A stretch of DNA of 63,291 nt, filler included, from Choristocarpus tenellus KU-1152 (lineage: Eukaryota; Protista; Phaeophyceae): the NCBI GenBank assembly GCA_964200185.2. It is 10 parts of 10 records of this genome, joined end to end, with 100 filler letters (N's around TTAATTAATTAA, not from the genome) between each part and the next. Parts side by side here need not be neighbours in the genome. Positions count along the whole stretch, not along the records: positions 48,959 to 60,254 come from CAXNAD020002402.1; positions 60,355 to 63,291 come from CAXNAD020023515.1; 8 more parts are not named here. The stretch is one strand, 5' to 3'. The notes beneath the pieces were generated by a model. That model saw only the letters and a program-made list of their open reading frames with translations. It did not search any database and had not been told where the DNA came from. Positions 52,001 to 63,291 of the stretch are shown here, one piece after another. The number at the start of each line of letters is the position of its first letter. The stretch's first letter is position 1. Both the position numbers and the translations under genes were made by a program.

Positions 52001-55000
52001 ACACTTTCCACACTCATTGTCGAAAATCTTAACTCCAACTTATCCCTATTGGCGACTCCCTTCGAAGACAAGGAATCTCCGTCAGTGCGCACCAGATGTG
52101 TCAGGGAGAAATCCAAACCATTGTAACAAGAAACTCAAAAGTAACAGTTGTCGTAAACGTGAAAGATATCTCTATAATCTATTTATTATTTGAAAACCAT
52201 ATATACTATAATCCCTTGAATGTTGGAAGTTACAATGTTAGGTGTACATTTTTGCTACACCTCCAACCTAACGTAGTCCTACACAACTGGGCGAGGAACT
52301 AGGGAAGCATCCCAAGAATCTGACAGGCCCCTCCTTGCCCATCTGTCTGGTGGTCCCTCTCCCCCCTACTACTGCCTGTGCAATCAACTCATCCAGAAAT
52401 CTCTTTGTTTGTTTACCGAGGTGCCCAAAACTTTCCACTGCAAAGGTGTTGAGGTTAAAGTCATGAGGGTCAAAAGAACTCTCGTAAAAATAAAAAATCC
52501 TCTCCGGACAATTATATCCAGATGTTCAATTTGGGGAATACCTCACCGAGAAAGTCTTCCTATTTGTGAAGAAACGACCAAAGCAAAAAGTGGAAATTCA
52601 CAACATCGTAAACCTATGGGACAGAGGGAGTATAATATTTCGATTCACAACACTATCAAATCGGCATTGTCCAAGATAGCATTAGCCTTTATCCGACCTC
52701 TGGATCCATCTTCTCTTCCATCTCCTCCTACCATCTATCTTTATCCCACTCTGAGCCCCTACTTCTGATTGTATCATTGACTCGATTGTGTGTGTTTACA
52801 ATGTTATGTCAGGTGGGTATTCAAAAGCTGAACGAAACTAATGCCATGGTGGAGGGTCTCAAAGAAGACCTCACAAAACTGGAGCCAGTTCTTGAGGAAG
52901 CATCAAAAAATGCAGAGAAATTGCTCAAGCAAGTGGAGATTGACAAGGCTGACGCCGCAAAAGTCAAGGAGAAGGTAAAGTGAAACGAATGAACTCACAG
53001 GAACTCATAGTCAAAACTGCATTCTAATATTTCTACTTGATGTGACAACGCGTGAGAGATTTCTTGCTCCAGCTTCCTCTCTCCTGTTGCCTAATGTTCC
53101 TACACCTTCCATTCACCTGGCAAGAAAGGTCGCAAAAGAAGAGGCTGAGGTAGGTGAGCAAGCTGCTGAAGTTAAGGTGGTGCAAGCTGATGCTCAGGCC
53201 GACCTGGATGTGGCCCTACCCACCTTAGATAAGGCCCTCAAGGCTCTTGATAGCCTGACCAAGAACGATATTACTGAGGTCAAATCTTTTGCCAAGCCAC
53301 CTCCTGCTGTCCAGACAGTTATGGAGGCTGTTTGCATCCTCATGGAGGTGAGAGGACCAAGGAAGAAGGGCTCAAATCACAGAACAAGCGTTCGGACCAG
53401 TATGGAATTTTCTATTACGAAGGAGCTGTGAGTATGACTCTCTCAAGTGTGTTACAGAACAGTTTTGAGTCGTGTCCACTCTGTGTGATATAGAAAAGGA
53501 TTGGGAGATAATGTAATGCAAGTCAAGTAACGAAATGCTACTATACACTTCGAAGTAGAGGTGAGCAGTGATGTACAGGTATTGATAAGCCCAATACACA
53601 ACAAGGATATGAAATTTATGCACTCCTTAACCTTGTAGCCAAACCTCAAGATGCAAGAAAAATAACATAAACTAGGCCTCTGCTCTTTCACTTTCAGGCC
53701 AAGCCCGACTGGGACTCTGCCAAGAAACTCCTGGGCGACTCATCTTTTATGGAAAAGCTCAAGCAATATGATAAGGCAAGATCATAGGATGGTATAAGAG
53801 TGTTGATGTATAACAGAACTCTACGGCATAGATTTTGGTACAAGCGATTTTCCTTAGGTATTCTATTAATAGAAAGGGGGGTTGTTGTTGGGAAAATTGA
53901 AGTGATGGAAAGTTACTTCTAGATTAGTTTTGGCCTGCTGTGCACGCATTTTGTAAGTCCAATGTAACCAAATGCAAAATTACTCATAGGTCAGTAGGCA
54001 ATAACCCAGATCTGATCTTCAATGTCCTGATAAGGTTGGAGTTATGATTGGATCCTTCCTACTGGGGAAGCTTTCATTACCAACAACGCTAGTGTCAAGA
54101 ATAACCTATTTTGACACCTTCGCAACTCTAAAAGAGAGTTATTTGAATCCTGTCTTTCTCTATCCCAGGACAACATCAAGGATGCCGTGCTCAAGAAGAT
54201 TAAGCCATACATTGAGAACCCAAACATGCAAATCGATGTAGTCACCAAGGTTTCCAAGGCAGCCTCAGGGTTGTGCATGTTTGTCCATGCCATGGATGTT
54301 TACTCTAAGGTGCCCCAGCTCTGGATGGCCACCCTAGCTCCTGTACAAATGACTGAATCAATGCTTTGACAAATCCTGAGGAAGTAAGTGGGATAGGGGT
54401 GTGTTTGGGGATATATTCTGAAATGTAATCAAGAGAATTACACACCTTGAAATAAGGTCTCAGGACTGGGTAAGAGAGAAGCAAGAACTACTGGGAAAAA
54501 GGGATTTGGGGGGGAGGTTCAACCTTTTAGTCGGACCGGCACTTGTGCTGGTGTGGTTTTTCTAGTAGACTAGATGCAGTAGGAATAGATTTTTTTAAAA
54601 CATAAGTTGGTGACACTCTTACAGCCATGCTGCGAGTGTGTGCTGTGTAACCTCAATATCCTGAATGTGTCCATGAAAAAATATAACAGATAGCAGTAAC
54701 TATAGAACATAAGGAAGAAGGAAATCGACTTCCCCCTACAACAACTCACCCTCAACTGTCTAACACCACTCGTGAATAATGTTTTTCTGTTCATGTGAAT
54801 TCACCAACAAGAGCTCAACAAATTGTCTTTGTATCATAGGTGGCAAAGGTTGTGGCTCCAAAGAAGGCTCGCTTGGAAGAGATGAACATCATGCTTGCTT
54901 CGGCCAATGCCACTCTAGCACAAAAGCAGGTGGGCAGTCAATTTTCATATTTGTTGCACTGTACTTGATAAATAAATTCCACCGTCCACCAAATCGCAAT

Positions 55001-58000
55001 AATGTAAAAACTTGTCCTTGTCTAAGCCCAAGACAACCTTAGCACCAGAAATAAAGCAACTTCGAAGGGAAAAAGGACTTCTTAATACCAATTTCGTAAT
55101 TTGCCAGATTGCCATGTTACCTGTAGGTATGCACTTCTCACCCTAAGCTCCAGATTATACTTTTTCTAATGTTCACTCTACTCATTGCATGCAACTCAAT
55201 TTCCAAATGCCTTACCAGGCTGAGCTCAAGGCCGTGAATGATAAGGTGGAGGCACTTGAGGCTCAGTGTGCTGAAACTGTGGCAGAGAAGAAACGACTGG
55301 CAGATGAGGCAGATACCACGGCCAAGAGGCTTATTCGTGCTGAGAAGTTAACATCTGGCCTGGCTTCGGAGGGTGTCCGATGGAAGGACACGCTTGAGAG
55401 CCTAGGAAAGAAGAAAGTGTGTCCTGGGTGCATCGCTATGTCGTGTGTCAGAGTATAAGTCTACAGTTTGGGCAGGGTGGCAGAGGCTTTCGATTCAGAC
55501 ATGAAATAATTCAAAGTGCAGAAAGTACAACAATGGAATATTCCTGTATTACAATGCTGCACACTGCACTTGGCATAAGGAACATATATGATACATTCGC
55601 AGGTCATGGGAAGTTAGATCTTCACGTCTCCTTCCTGTGCCAGCATGTGGAATAGAAAATGTACTCTATTGTAACAATATTTATTGGAGTATGTGTCTCA
55701 AGATAAGGTAAAATAAAAGAGTACAAGAGTATGTGCAGTGAGAATTTCAGAATCGTGCAAACCTCACTTCTCAACCTAGAAACGTGCTGTATATCACCCA
55801 TGTCTTGCAAAAAGCTGTATGCCTTCACTGTGGTATCCCTTACTTGAGCACTGCAGTCTTCGAGAGCCCACTTGACCCACAATATCACCACGCACAGAGG
55901 GTCTTGGTGTTCCCTAATCCCTATTTCCCCCTTCTCTGAGCCCTCCTCGTCACTATTCTTTAGCAACCTACTATATAGAAGTTGTAGTACTCCTTTCCAC
56001 TCCAGCCCCTCCCTCACTCCCTTTTCGACATTTTTTTCCCTCCCCCTCCGGCCCCCCTGTCAATGATCAAAGGTGGACCTGATAGGGGACACTTTTCTAT
56101 CATGTGGGTGCATATCATATTATGGACCCTTCACCGGAAGCTACCGAGATGAGCTGGTAGGTGAGTGGATAGACTGCGTGCAGGAGACAGGACTCCCCTG
56201 CAGCGAGACCTTCTCCCTTTTCAATACCTTAGGAGACCCTGTGGAGACTAGGGAGTGGCAGAACTATTCCTTACCCACAGATAAGGTGAGTGAATCTCGT
56301 TCTCAAAATTTTATACCTCCCCCTTAAATGCTATGCTATTTTCAAGGCTGAATGCTTGACTTCCGTCCCAATTGACTACTTGGGGCCGTGTATGATATAA
56401 TCCTTGTTGAGATTGCTTTCTTACGTACAGTATTAATCCATATTTTCAATGCAGTTCCACTAGTATTGCGGTTTTACATGCAATTTGTCAAGCAAAATAC
56501 AAATTGGATAGGAGGTATGGTTCTATACAAATTTCTCCTCTCATGGAAAAATGGGGCAATCAGTCCCATGTCATCATGCACACCAACCTATCACCCAGGG
56601 TTGTCAGTTTGTTGCCCTCCTTTTTCAATGTTGAGCAGGTCTCCACCGATTCTGCCATTCTGGTGACTAAGGGATCACGATGGCCTCTAATGATTGACCC
56701 ACAAGGACAAGCAAACAAATGGATAAAGAAAATGCACGAGGGAGACGATGTGGAGGTGAGTTTATGCCAGGGTATAGGTCAGGGCATGGCCAACGAGAGC
56801 TGGAACCATTTATGAGGATGTGCAATGGTTTGCTTACACATTATGCACTAGGCTAGAGGAACATAGTGTGAACCACAACGACATACGATGGGCAGCATAG
56901 GAGTATTCCTGTCCACCAACTTTGATAAAGGATTGTTACTCTGAGTATGTCCGAACTGTTGAACTCAAGCCCGACATTTCACTGAAGCAGTACATCCAAG
57001 AAATTTGTGCTTGGGTACGAAATAATTTCTACTTCTAACCTCATGCCTGAGTACCTGGCCCTGTGCTCTCCTGCTGGAAGGTGACGACAATGACCAATAT
57101 TAATCTCTTGCGTTCATTAGAAAACTGCATCAGAGTTGGCAAGCCCCTTCTCATCGAGGACATTACAGAGCATATTGAGCCAGCTCTAGAACCCGTCCTG
57201 CAGAAGGCCACCTACAAGTGAGAGGAACTCAGCTTGATCGAAATCGAGCTGGGAATGGAGATGGGCGTATTTTGAGATATTTCAATCGATCTAACCGTAT
57301 TGACTTCAAGTGAATCTCTAATGTTGTGTAAGAACTCGAGTAAGATATTTTGACTGTTGTATGGGGAGTACTTACCACATGCTCTTTCCCATATGCCTTG
57401 AATCGAACTCAGTAATGTTCAATGTGATTGTAATGCAACGCGTGGTGGTACCCCGAAGAGACGCAGGCATTCCATTTCTCAACTTTATGAATGCCTTGAA
57501 TAAAGCAACAATTATTTCAGAGTCAATGGAAGTGTGAATGTGAGACACAATTGTGGGATGCTGTGGCACCCTTCCTTGAACTTCTTCAGTACCACAGTTG
57601 TAATGAGACTGACAGAGAGAGTTCAATTATCCCTTAAGATACTCTAGTTCTTGGCACACCTTAAGGGATAGAACTGTAGTACATAACAATTCTTCTGCCA
57701 ATGAGCTGACTTATCGTTCACAAAGTTGGATGATTGAAGTTTAGTTATAGGACATCTGGAGATACTTCATCTCCCAACTTTTGATGTATTTCAACCTGGA
57801 CAAGAAATACCTCTTCGTAACGCACGTCCAAAATATTTTTTCACACATATTTTTGTCATCACTACCACAGGCAAGGGAACCGTGTCCTCATTCGTATAGG
57901 GGATTCCGACGTCGACTACTGTGATACATTCAAAATGTATCTTACCACCAAGATGCCTAACCCACACTACCTTCCAGAGGTCTGCATTAAGGTTAACATA

Positions 58001-59931
58001 ATCAATTTCACTGTCACCATGGAGGGTCTGGAGGACCAGCTCCTGGGACAGGTGTGTACCTTCAAGTTGGAGAGTTAGGGCTTAAAATAGATGGCAGGAG
58101 GAGAGAGGATGAAAGAATGATTCACTATTATTGTGGACCAAGAAACGGATGACCCAAAAAGCAAACAAAGGCGTTGTCTTGCTGCTCCAACATCAAGTGC
58201 TCCCACCCAAACAACGTCAGCCCCTCATGACTACAAGTCTTTCTCCATTTTTTGAATGATGTAGACAGTCTCTCAACATCTCGGGTTGTGAAATCATAGA
58301 TTTCCCATTAGGTCATAGCAACCAGTGCCAACCAACTGACGAGTGCAGGTGGTTGCAAAGGAAAGGCCGGACATTGAACAAAAGAAGACAAAGCTGCTGC
58401 TTCGCATGGCCGAAGATAAGAAACAGCTGCAGGACCTCGAGGCTAGGATTCTGTACATGCTCTCCAACTCATCTGGGAATATTCTAGATGATGAGGTGCA
58501 TTTACAAATCTTAGTGGTGGAGGGCGTTCTGTATTGAGAGGGCCAATAGTCCGGGTAAAGGAGGAGGAATTAGGGTTGAAACTGGCCATAGCATCCCACT
58601 TTGTGGTATTTACGTTTGTCTCTTCTGCTATGAAATAGGGGTTCCCGGAGATTTTGTACCTGGGACTTGTTACAAGCATCCCAATGAACCAAGTTGACAG
58701 TCCTTCTGACCCCTTTCCGACCCCCAAGCCCAAGAAGCTTATACAAAAACCTCACATGTGCCAGCCCAACTACATACCTCCTACCTATCCCTCACTTGTG
58801 CACAAATTGTGAATATCCGGTTCGCTCCCCTAAGATATATGATGACTCAAGGGCATTTAGACGCACTACATTCTTCATGAAGATCAGGCTAATGTATGTT
58901 TCGTATACATGGACCTGGAGCTAAGCTGATGTTACCCCGGTTCGCCTTCAAATTGCTAAAACGTGATCAGGCTATTCCAACAAGATGTTAGAACAATTTT
59001 CCCATTGCTACAAAGGAGAACCTTTGAGGTCACTTACCATCCTTCAAGTCAGTACACTGGTAGTCTGAGCAGAAGCACAAATTACAACACTCAAGTACCC
59101 GCACATTTTTGGGTTGTATCAGAAAGGATCACACCCCATTTGGTGTATTATAATCATCACCGAGGAACAGAAGCCTATGTCACAACCAATAAGAATGAAA
59201 ATATCTTAGAGGGTACGAGTTTTGCCCTGTTTGTCCATTTTTTGGGGCTTGGATTCCCACGGGTTTTTAATGACATATTACATACTCCAAAATGTTTCGG
59301 AGTAGGGAAAATGTGTATGTTATGAAACGTTGTGTCTGGAACAAAGAAGGATATTGATATTTCCTAACAAACACGATAGCCAAAAAATTACATCAAAATC
59401 GCAACATTGGATTTTGGTCCCCAAATGGATGCGACTTTGTCCTCTAAGATATTTTGGTTCAAAAAAACATTATACTTCGAGGTATCACGGAAGCGTTTTC
59501 CGAGACTGCCCGACAGAGAGGGCCACATAAATTCCACATAACCCCATGATGAAACTCAGGTTTATTGTTTGTACATTTAGGAGCGTACTGCAGCCGTGTA
59601 TTGACCAAAGCTTCAATATTAGATAATGAGAAGAAACTCCTGCCTCGAAAGAACCTTATTTTTATAGGTAGTCTCATACCTAAAAGCTCCCACCACCCCT
59701 CTCTCTGTAGGGACTAATTAACACGCTAGCAGACTCAAAGACAACATCGAGCATTATCAAGGAGCGAGTAGAAGAATCGGAGAAAACAGAAGCAGAGATC
59801 AATATTGCCAGAAACGAGTATACACCAGTGGCCACACGTGGGTCCATAATTTACTTTGTGATTGCAGACCTCTCGGGTATCGACCCCATGTACCAGTACT
59901 CCCTGCAATACTACCAGGCACTCTTTGATCG
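49100..59931 (+). CDS. DNAH6: Axonemal inner-arm dynein heavy chain (DNAH6-like), partial; exons 49100-49291, 52813-52974, 53129-53347, 53698-53775, 54169-54309, 54840-54929, 55219-55416, 56073-56285, 56639-56755, 57081-57217, 57871-58051, 58349-58495, 59711-59931
   Basis: About 698 in-frame codons: [11 protein letters not shown] (after AAA4), stalk/MTBD ([39 protein letters not shown]), AAA5 ([40 protein letters not shown]), DPMYQYSL. The DNAH6 subclass call is by resemblance only. Confidence 0.95.
49666..49842. mobile_element. MITE family B in dynein intron; similar termini at 39513 and 63274
   Basis: TIR GGCCCAAAGTATCTGGGGG / CCCCCAGATACTTTGGGTC with TTAA on both sides. Confidence 0.8.
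50294..52630 (-). mobile_element. Complete but decayed mariner-like element (Stowaway-type TIRs, TA TSD) in dynein intron
   Basis: 29-bp TIRs CTCCCTYTGTCCCRTARGTYTRCGAYGTT flanked by TA. Transposase fragments [27 protein letters not shown]...[21 protein letters not shown]. Confidence 0.9.
52090..52455 (-). mobile_element. RLE-LINE 3' fragment nested in the mariner element
   Basis: [23 protein letters not shown] plus the family 3' motif CAGATGTGTCAGGGAGAAA at ~52093. Confidence 0.7.
59193..59460 (+). mobile_element. MITE family A copy in dynein intron; partial copy also at 60195-60254 (-)
   Basis: TIRs; flanks ATAA/AAAA. Confidence 0.9.
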
Positions 59932-60494
59932 GTGAGTGAAGTGGTGGGGTGCTTTGAAGTGTATTGTGATCAATGCAATTAGTGAGAGAGGGATACAATC
60001 AAAGTTCGCAACATGGGGATGTGGGATTGAGTAGATGCAGCCACATTATTGGGGACAGGTGGCACTTATTTTGTGTTAGAACCAATGCCAACTATCAGTT
60101 ACAGAATGTATTATCTCCCAACAGTGCTTCAATCTGAACCCTGCCCTCTACACCCTAAATCGCTATGATACCTACTAGAATTTTGATTAACTTAGAGCCA
60201 AAGTATCTTAGGGGGTAGAGCCGCGTCCTTTTGGGGTCCAAACTCCAATGTTGGNNNNNNNNNNNNNNNNNNNNNNNNNNNNNNNNNNNNNNNNNNNNTT
60301 AATTAATTAANNNNNNNNNNNNNNNNNNNNNNNNNNNNNNNNNNNNNNNNNNNNCCCCTTTGCTGTTACGCCGCCACACCCCTTCCCCTGCTGTTTGCAT
60401 TCTTTGCCCCATATAACATGACAATACCCCTGTGTGTGTGTTTTTTTTTTTGCTTTTTGTGTAATGTTGCTAATACTAATCCTTACTCTAAAAG

Positions 60495-61953
60495 TATCCA
60501 TGGCGCTGGGGGTGATGATAGGATTGGGATTGATTGTATACGGCAGCATGATGAACTTAGAGGCAGACTTGGGCAAGTATGAGGTGAGAGATATCCTGTG
60601 CTGATTGAGTGACCAGTGCCATAAAAAGATGCACCAGTGCTTGAATGTTATTTGTGCTATTCTTCTTCTTCTTATTATTGTTCTTAATTAGTGTTGAATG
60701 AGGGTTAGGGCTAGGGTTGGCTTACATGAAATGCAATACGAAAATGGGAGAAACTTTGTAAGTGTGTCACATTGACCCAAGATGGATGCAATAATAAATA
60801 ATCAATCACCAATTGTTGTCGTTGCCATTTATCTTGTACTCGTTGTCTCTAGGATGCCATAACTTGCAATAGGATGCCATAACTTGCAACACCGTCCAGA
60901 TGCCTGCCCTTCATCTTCGCTCCTACATCATCCCCATCCCCATGCCCATCCCCATGCCCAGCTTGGGGCAGCAAAGGTTGCTGAGTCACTCAAGGAAGTA
61001 CTGAAGGCGTTGCAATACAGTCTGGATGACGATCTTGTCCCATACGTTGTGGCACGGCTAAGGGCAATGACTCCGTATCTACTGACGGTAAGCCTGTCCT
61101 ATGAGATGAGATGAGACATTGCATCTGTTTTTTTATGTTGGTGATTTTGATGGGGTCTCTCATGACTGCTTGGACTGCGCTGCTCAGAAGAGTCACTACT
61201 ATATGTCACTACTATGTGTCACTACTATGTTGATGTTGATGTTGATGCTAGTGGTTGAACTGACTAGGGGATTTGAGTGTGAAGCAGGATTTGAAGTGTT
61301 CTTACTGTTGTTATTAATGATATGAAGTTTATTGTTTTTGTTAATGCTATTATTATTAGCATTTATCCTTGTCCAAAATGGTTATCTGGGAGACAATCAA
61401 TTGTTGTTTTCTAATGATGGTTTTTGGTCTGAGATGTTTACAGTGGGTCGTAAAGATTTTTCACACATGCAAGAGAGGTGATACTCTGTCATTGGAGGAA
61501 CACACTTGATGTGTGCGTCCTTGTGTGAGTCTTAAGTTGGTTGGATATGATGTGTCACATGATGTGACATGAAGCAGGTATGATGTGATCCACATTAGGT
61601 GTGAGGAAAGGAGGTATTGATTGGCATTTGATTGGTTGACTAATCTGGCACAACAGGTAGGGAGGGAAGCTCCTTCTACTAACATCATGATAGACCTCTT
61701 CACAAAATTGATTATATTGATAGAAGCACAGCTACATTTATTTATATATATTTATATGGGGGTTTTCTAGTGCAATGTGGTTCAGTTAAAGGACTTTTCC
61801 CCACATGCATGTATCTATTGACAGGCTGCACTCTGTAGATGCACATACCAATATAATCTCTTTTTTGTGTTGTGTGTTGTGTGTACAGATGATTGTGGAC
61901 TGCATCCGGTACTTGTTTATGGTCTGCCTGTTCTTGGTGTACCTCCTCATAAG
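60495..61953 (+). CDS. Membrane protein fragment, possibly AI-2E/PerM family; exons 60495-60583, 60962-61087, 61889-61953
   Basis: Canonical splice sites in frame: TM helix (SMALGVMIGLGLIVYG), amphipathic helices, TM helix (YLFMVCLFLVYLLI). The family call is tentative. Confidence 0.6.
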
Positions 61954-62865
61954 GTCAGTTTTGTCGTTTGTGCCTTATTGTAGTAAGAAGTCTGTTGATA
62001 GTTTAGTGTTGATAGTTCAGTGTTTAATTACATTCTGTCAGTGGTGGGCATTGATTGGATTGACACACACACACACACCCCCTCACACAGTAATAAAATA
62101 TAGTGATCCTAAGTATAACCCTAAAAGATCTTAAATTTGTTACTTTTATTAGTTGAATTGTTACACTAGTAGTAACTAGATTGTTAATACCACTGTACCT
62201 TAATCTGATCGTCCTGTCGTGTGTAGTTGTGATTGGTTGTCATTTTGTTTTCCATTCTCTGCCAAGAAAAGGTACAGGATGACCTTGTACAGATCGCTAT
62301 TGTAGGGAGAAAGTGTGCCCAAGTATTTTTTTAGTACTGGCAAGTATAAATGTAAAGTGACTTGTGTGTGTGTATGAGCGTAAAGTGGTTACACATTCAT
62401 TGAGGTGTTATTGTTTGTATCGTGTTACTTGTGAGTCCATGTTGGTCTGTGATTTTTGTCAATAGTGCCAGAACCATAAAAGTACAGAAAAAAACTTGTA
62501 AGCCAAGATAAATTTTTGGTGGACAAAATCTACTTCCTCCCAGACAAGTAAGTGTATCAACAGTGTATTGCCGTGTGTGTGTGTGTGTGTACAACTAATG
62601 TGTGTGTGTTGTATTGTAGTGAATTATCCTCATGGCATTCGAGTTCAATGTGACTGTTGGGAGTTCCCTCTGAGCAGTATTGTGCTGTATGAAGTATTGA
62701 TAGTGTTATTAATGCTGTTGATAGATTTTTCAGTGGTGATCTACTGTTGTGGCTTTATTATTATTTGTAGTTGTACAGTAGTCTGCAATTGTCTTTGTTG
62801 GACAAGTGACAATCCATGCCAAAAGGCGCCGGAGGGAAGTGGGGTACAATGTTCTTACATATTCT

Positions 62866-63050
62866 TACATTAACAGTAATAGAATAATTTTGTACTTAAT
62901 ACTACGTTAACAATAGTAGAAGAGTTTTGTGCTTAATACTACATCAACAATAATAGAATAATTTTGTACTTAATACTACATTAACAATTTAAGAAGAGTT
63001 TTTTGCTTAATACTACATTAACAGTTATAGAAGAATTTTGTACTTGATAC
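62866..63050. repeat. 37-bp minisatellite x5
   Basis: Unit TACATTAACARTAATAGAAKARTTTTGTRCTTAATAC. Confidence 0.92.
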
Positions 63051-63291
63051 TATTTTCTTTTTTCCAGGACTTCTGCTAATTTAGTCCACCTTCTTCACGG
63101 TTCATTCCAATAACTATCATATTCTACACTGTTACATGGCTTGGTCAGATGATCTACAAATAGATCAGTATTGATAATGATTTTAAGTGGTTTGAAGTGC
63201 AGGGCATACTATTCATAGAGCATTAGTAGCTGCTTGACACCTCCCATGGGCACCTGCATGGAATGAGTAAGTGGGGTCAAAGTATCTTGGG

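Noticed and set aside
50294-52630. Fanzor/TnpB cargo in the mariner element
   Set aside because: No RuvC or zinc-ribbon motifs seen; the extra length is explained by the nested LINE fragment.

Overview
Eukaryotic, intron-rich, repeat-rich DNA. It is not one locus: about ten unrelated contigs are joined by artificial 100-bp spacers (N44-TTAATTAATTAA-N44), so adjacency across spacers means nothing. Gene content and style suggest a flagellated stramenopile, possibly a brown alga or relative (inference only). Supported genes: 13 exons of an axonemal inner-arm dynein heavy chain (DNAH6-like, 49100-59931, with one GC-AG intron), 3 exons of a full-size ABCG transporter (minus, 177-3605), an intronless 9-repeat ankyrin ORF (minus, 17484-18440), 3 exons of a membrane protein (60495-61953), and two uncharacterised gene fragments. 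The rest is mostly decayed transposons: 11 copies of a ~258-bp MITE with GAG...CTC TIRs and 4-bp TSDs (Sola-like) plus related MITEs; a complete intronic Stowaway-type mariner with TIRs and TA TSD; many 3' ends of a restriction-like-endonuclease (RLE) LINE; an LTR family with a tRNA-Gln primer site; Ty3/gypsy gag-protease relics; and LINE relics. The most novel-looking signal is a Tudor-like domain at the C-terminal end of a decayed LINE ORF2, with a second copy of the domain elsewhere. Repeat copies also show strong CpG decay. No CRISPR, rRNA or intact autonomous element was found, and no intact new system can be demonstrated from this window.
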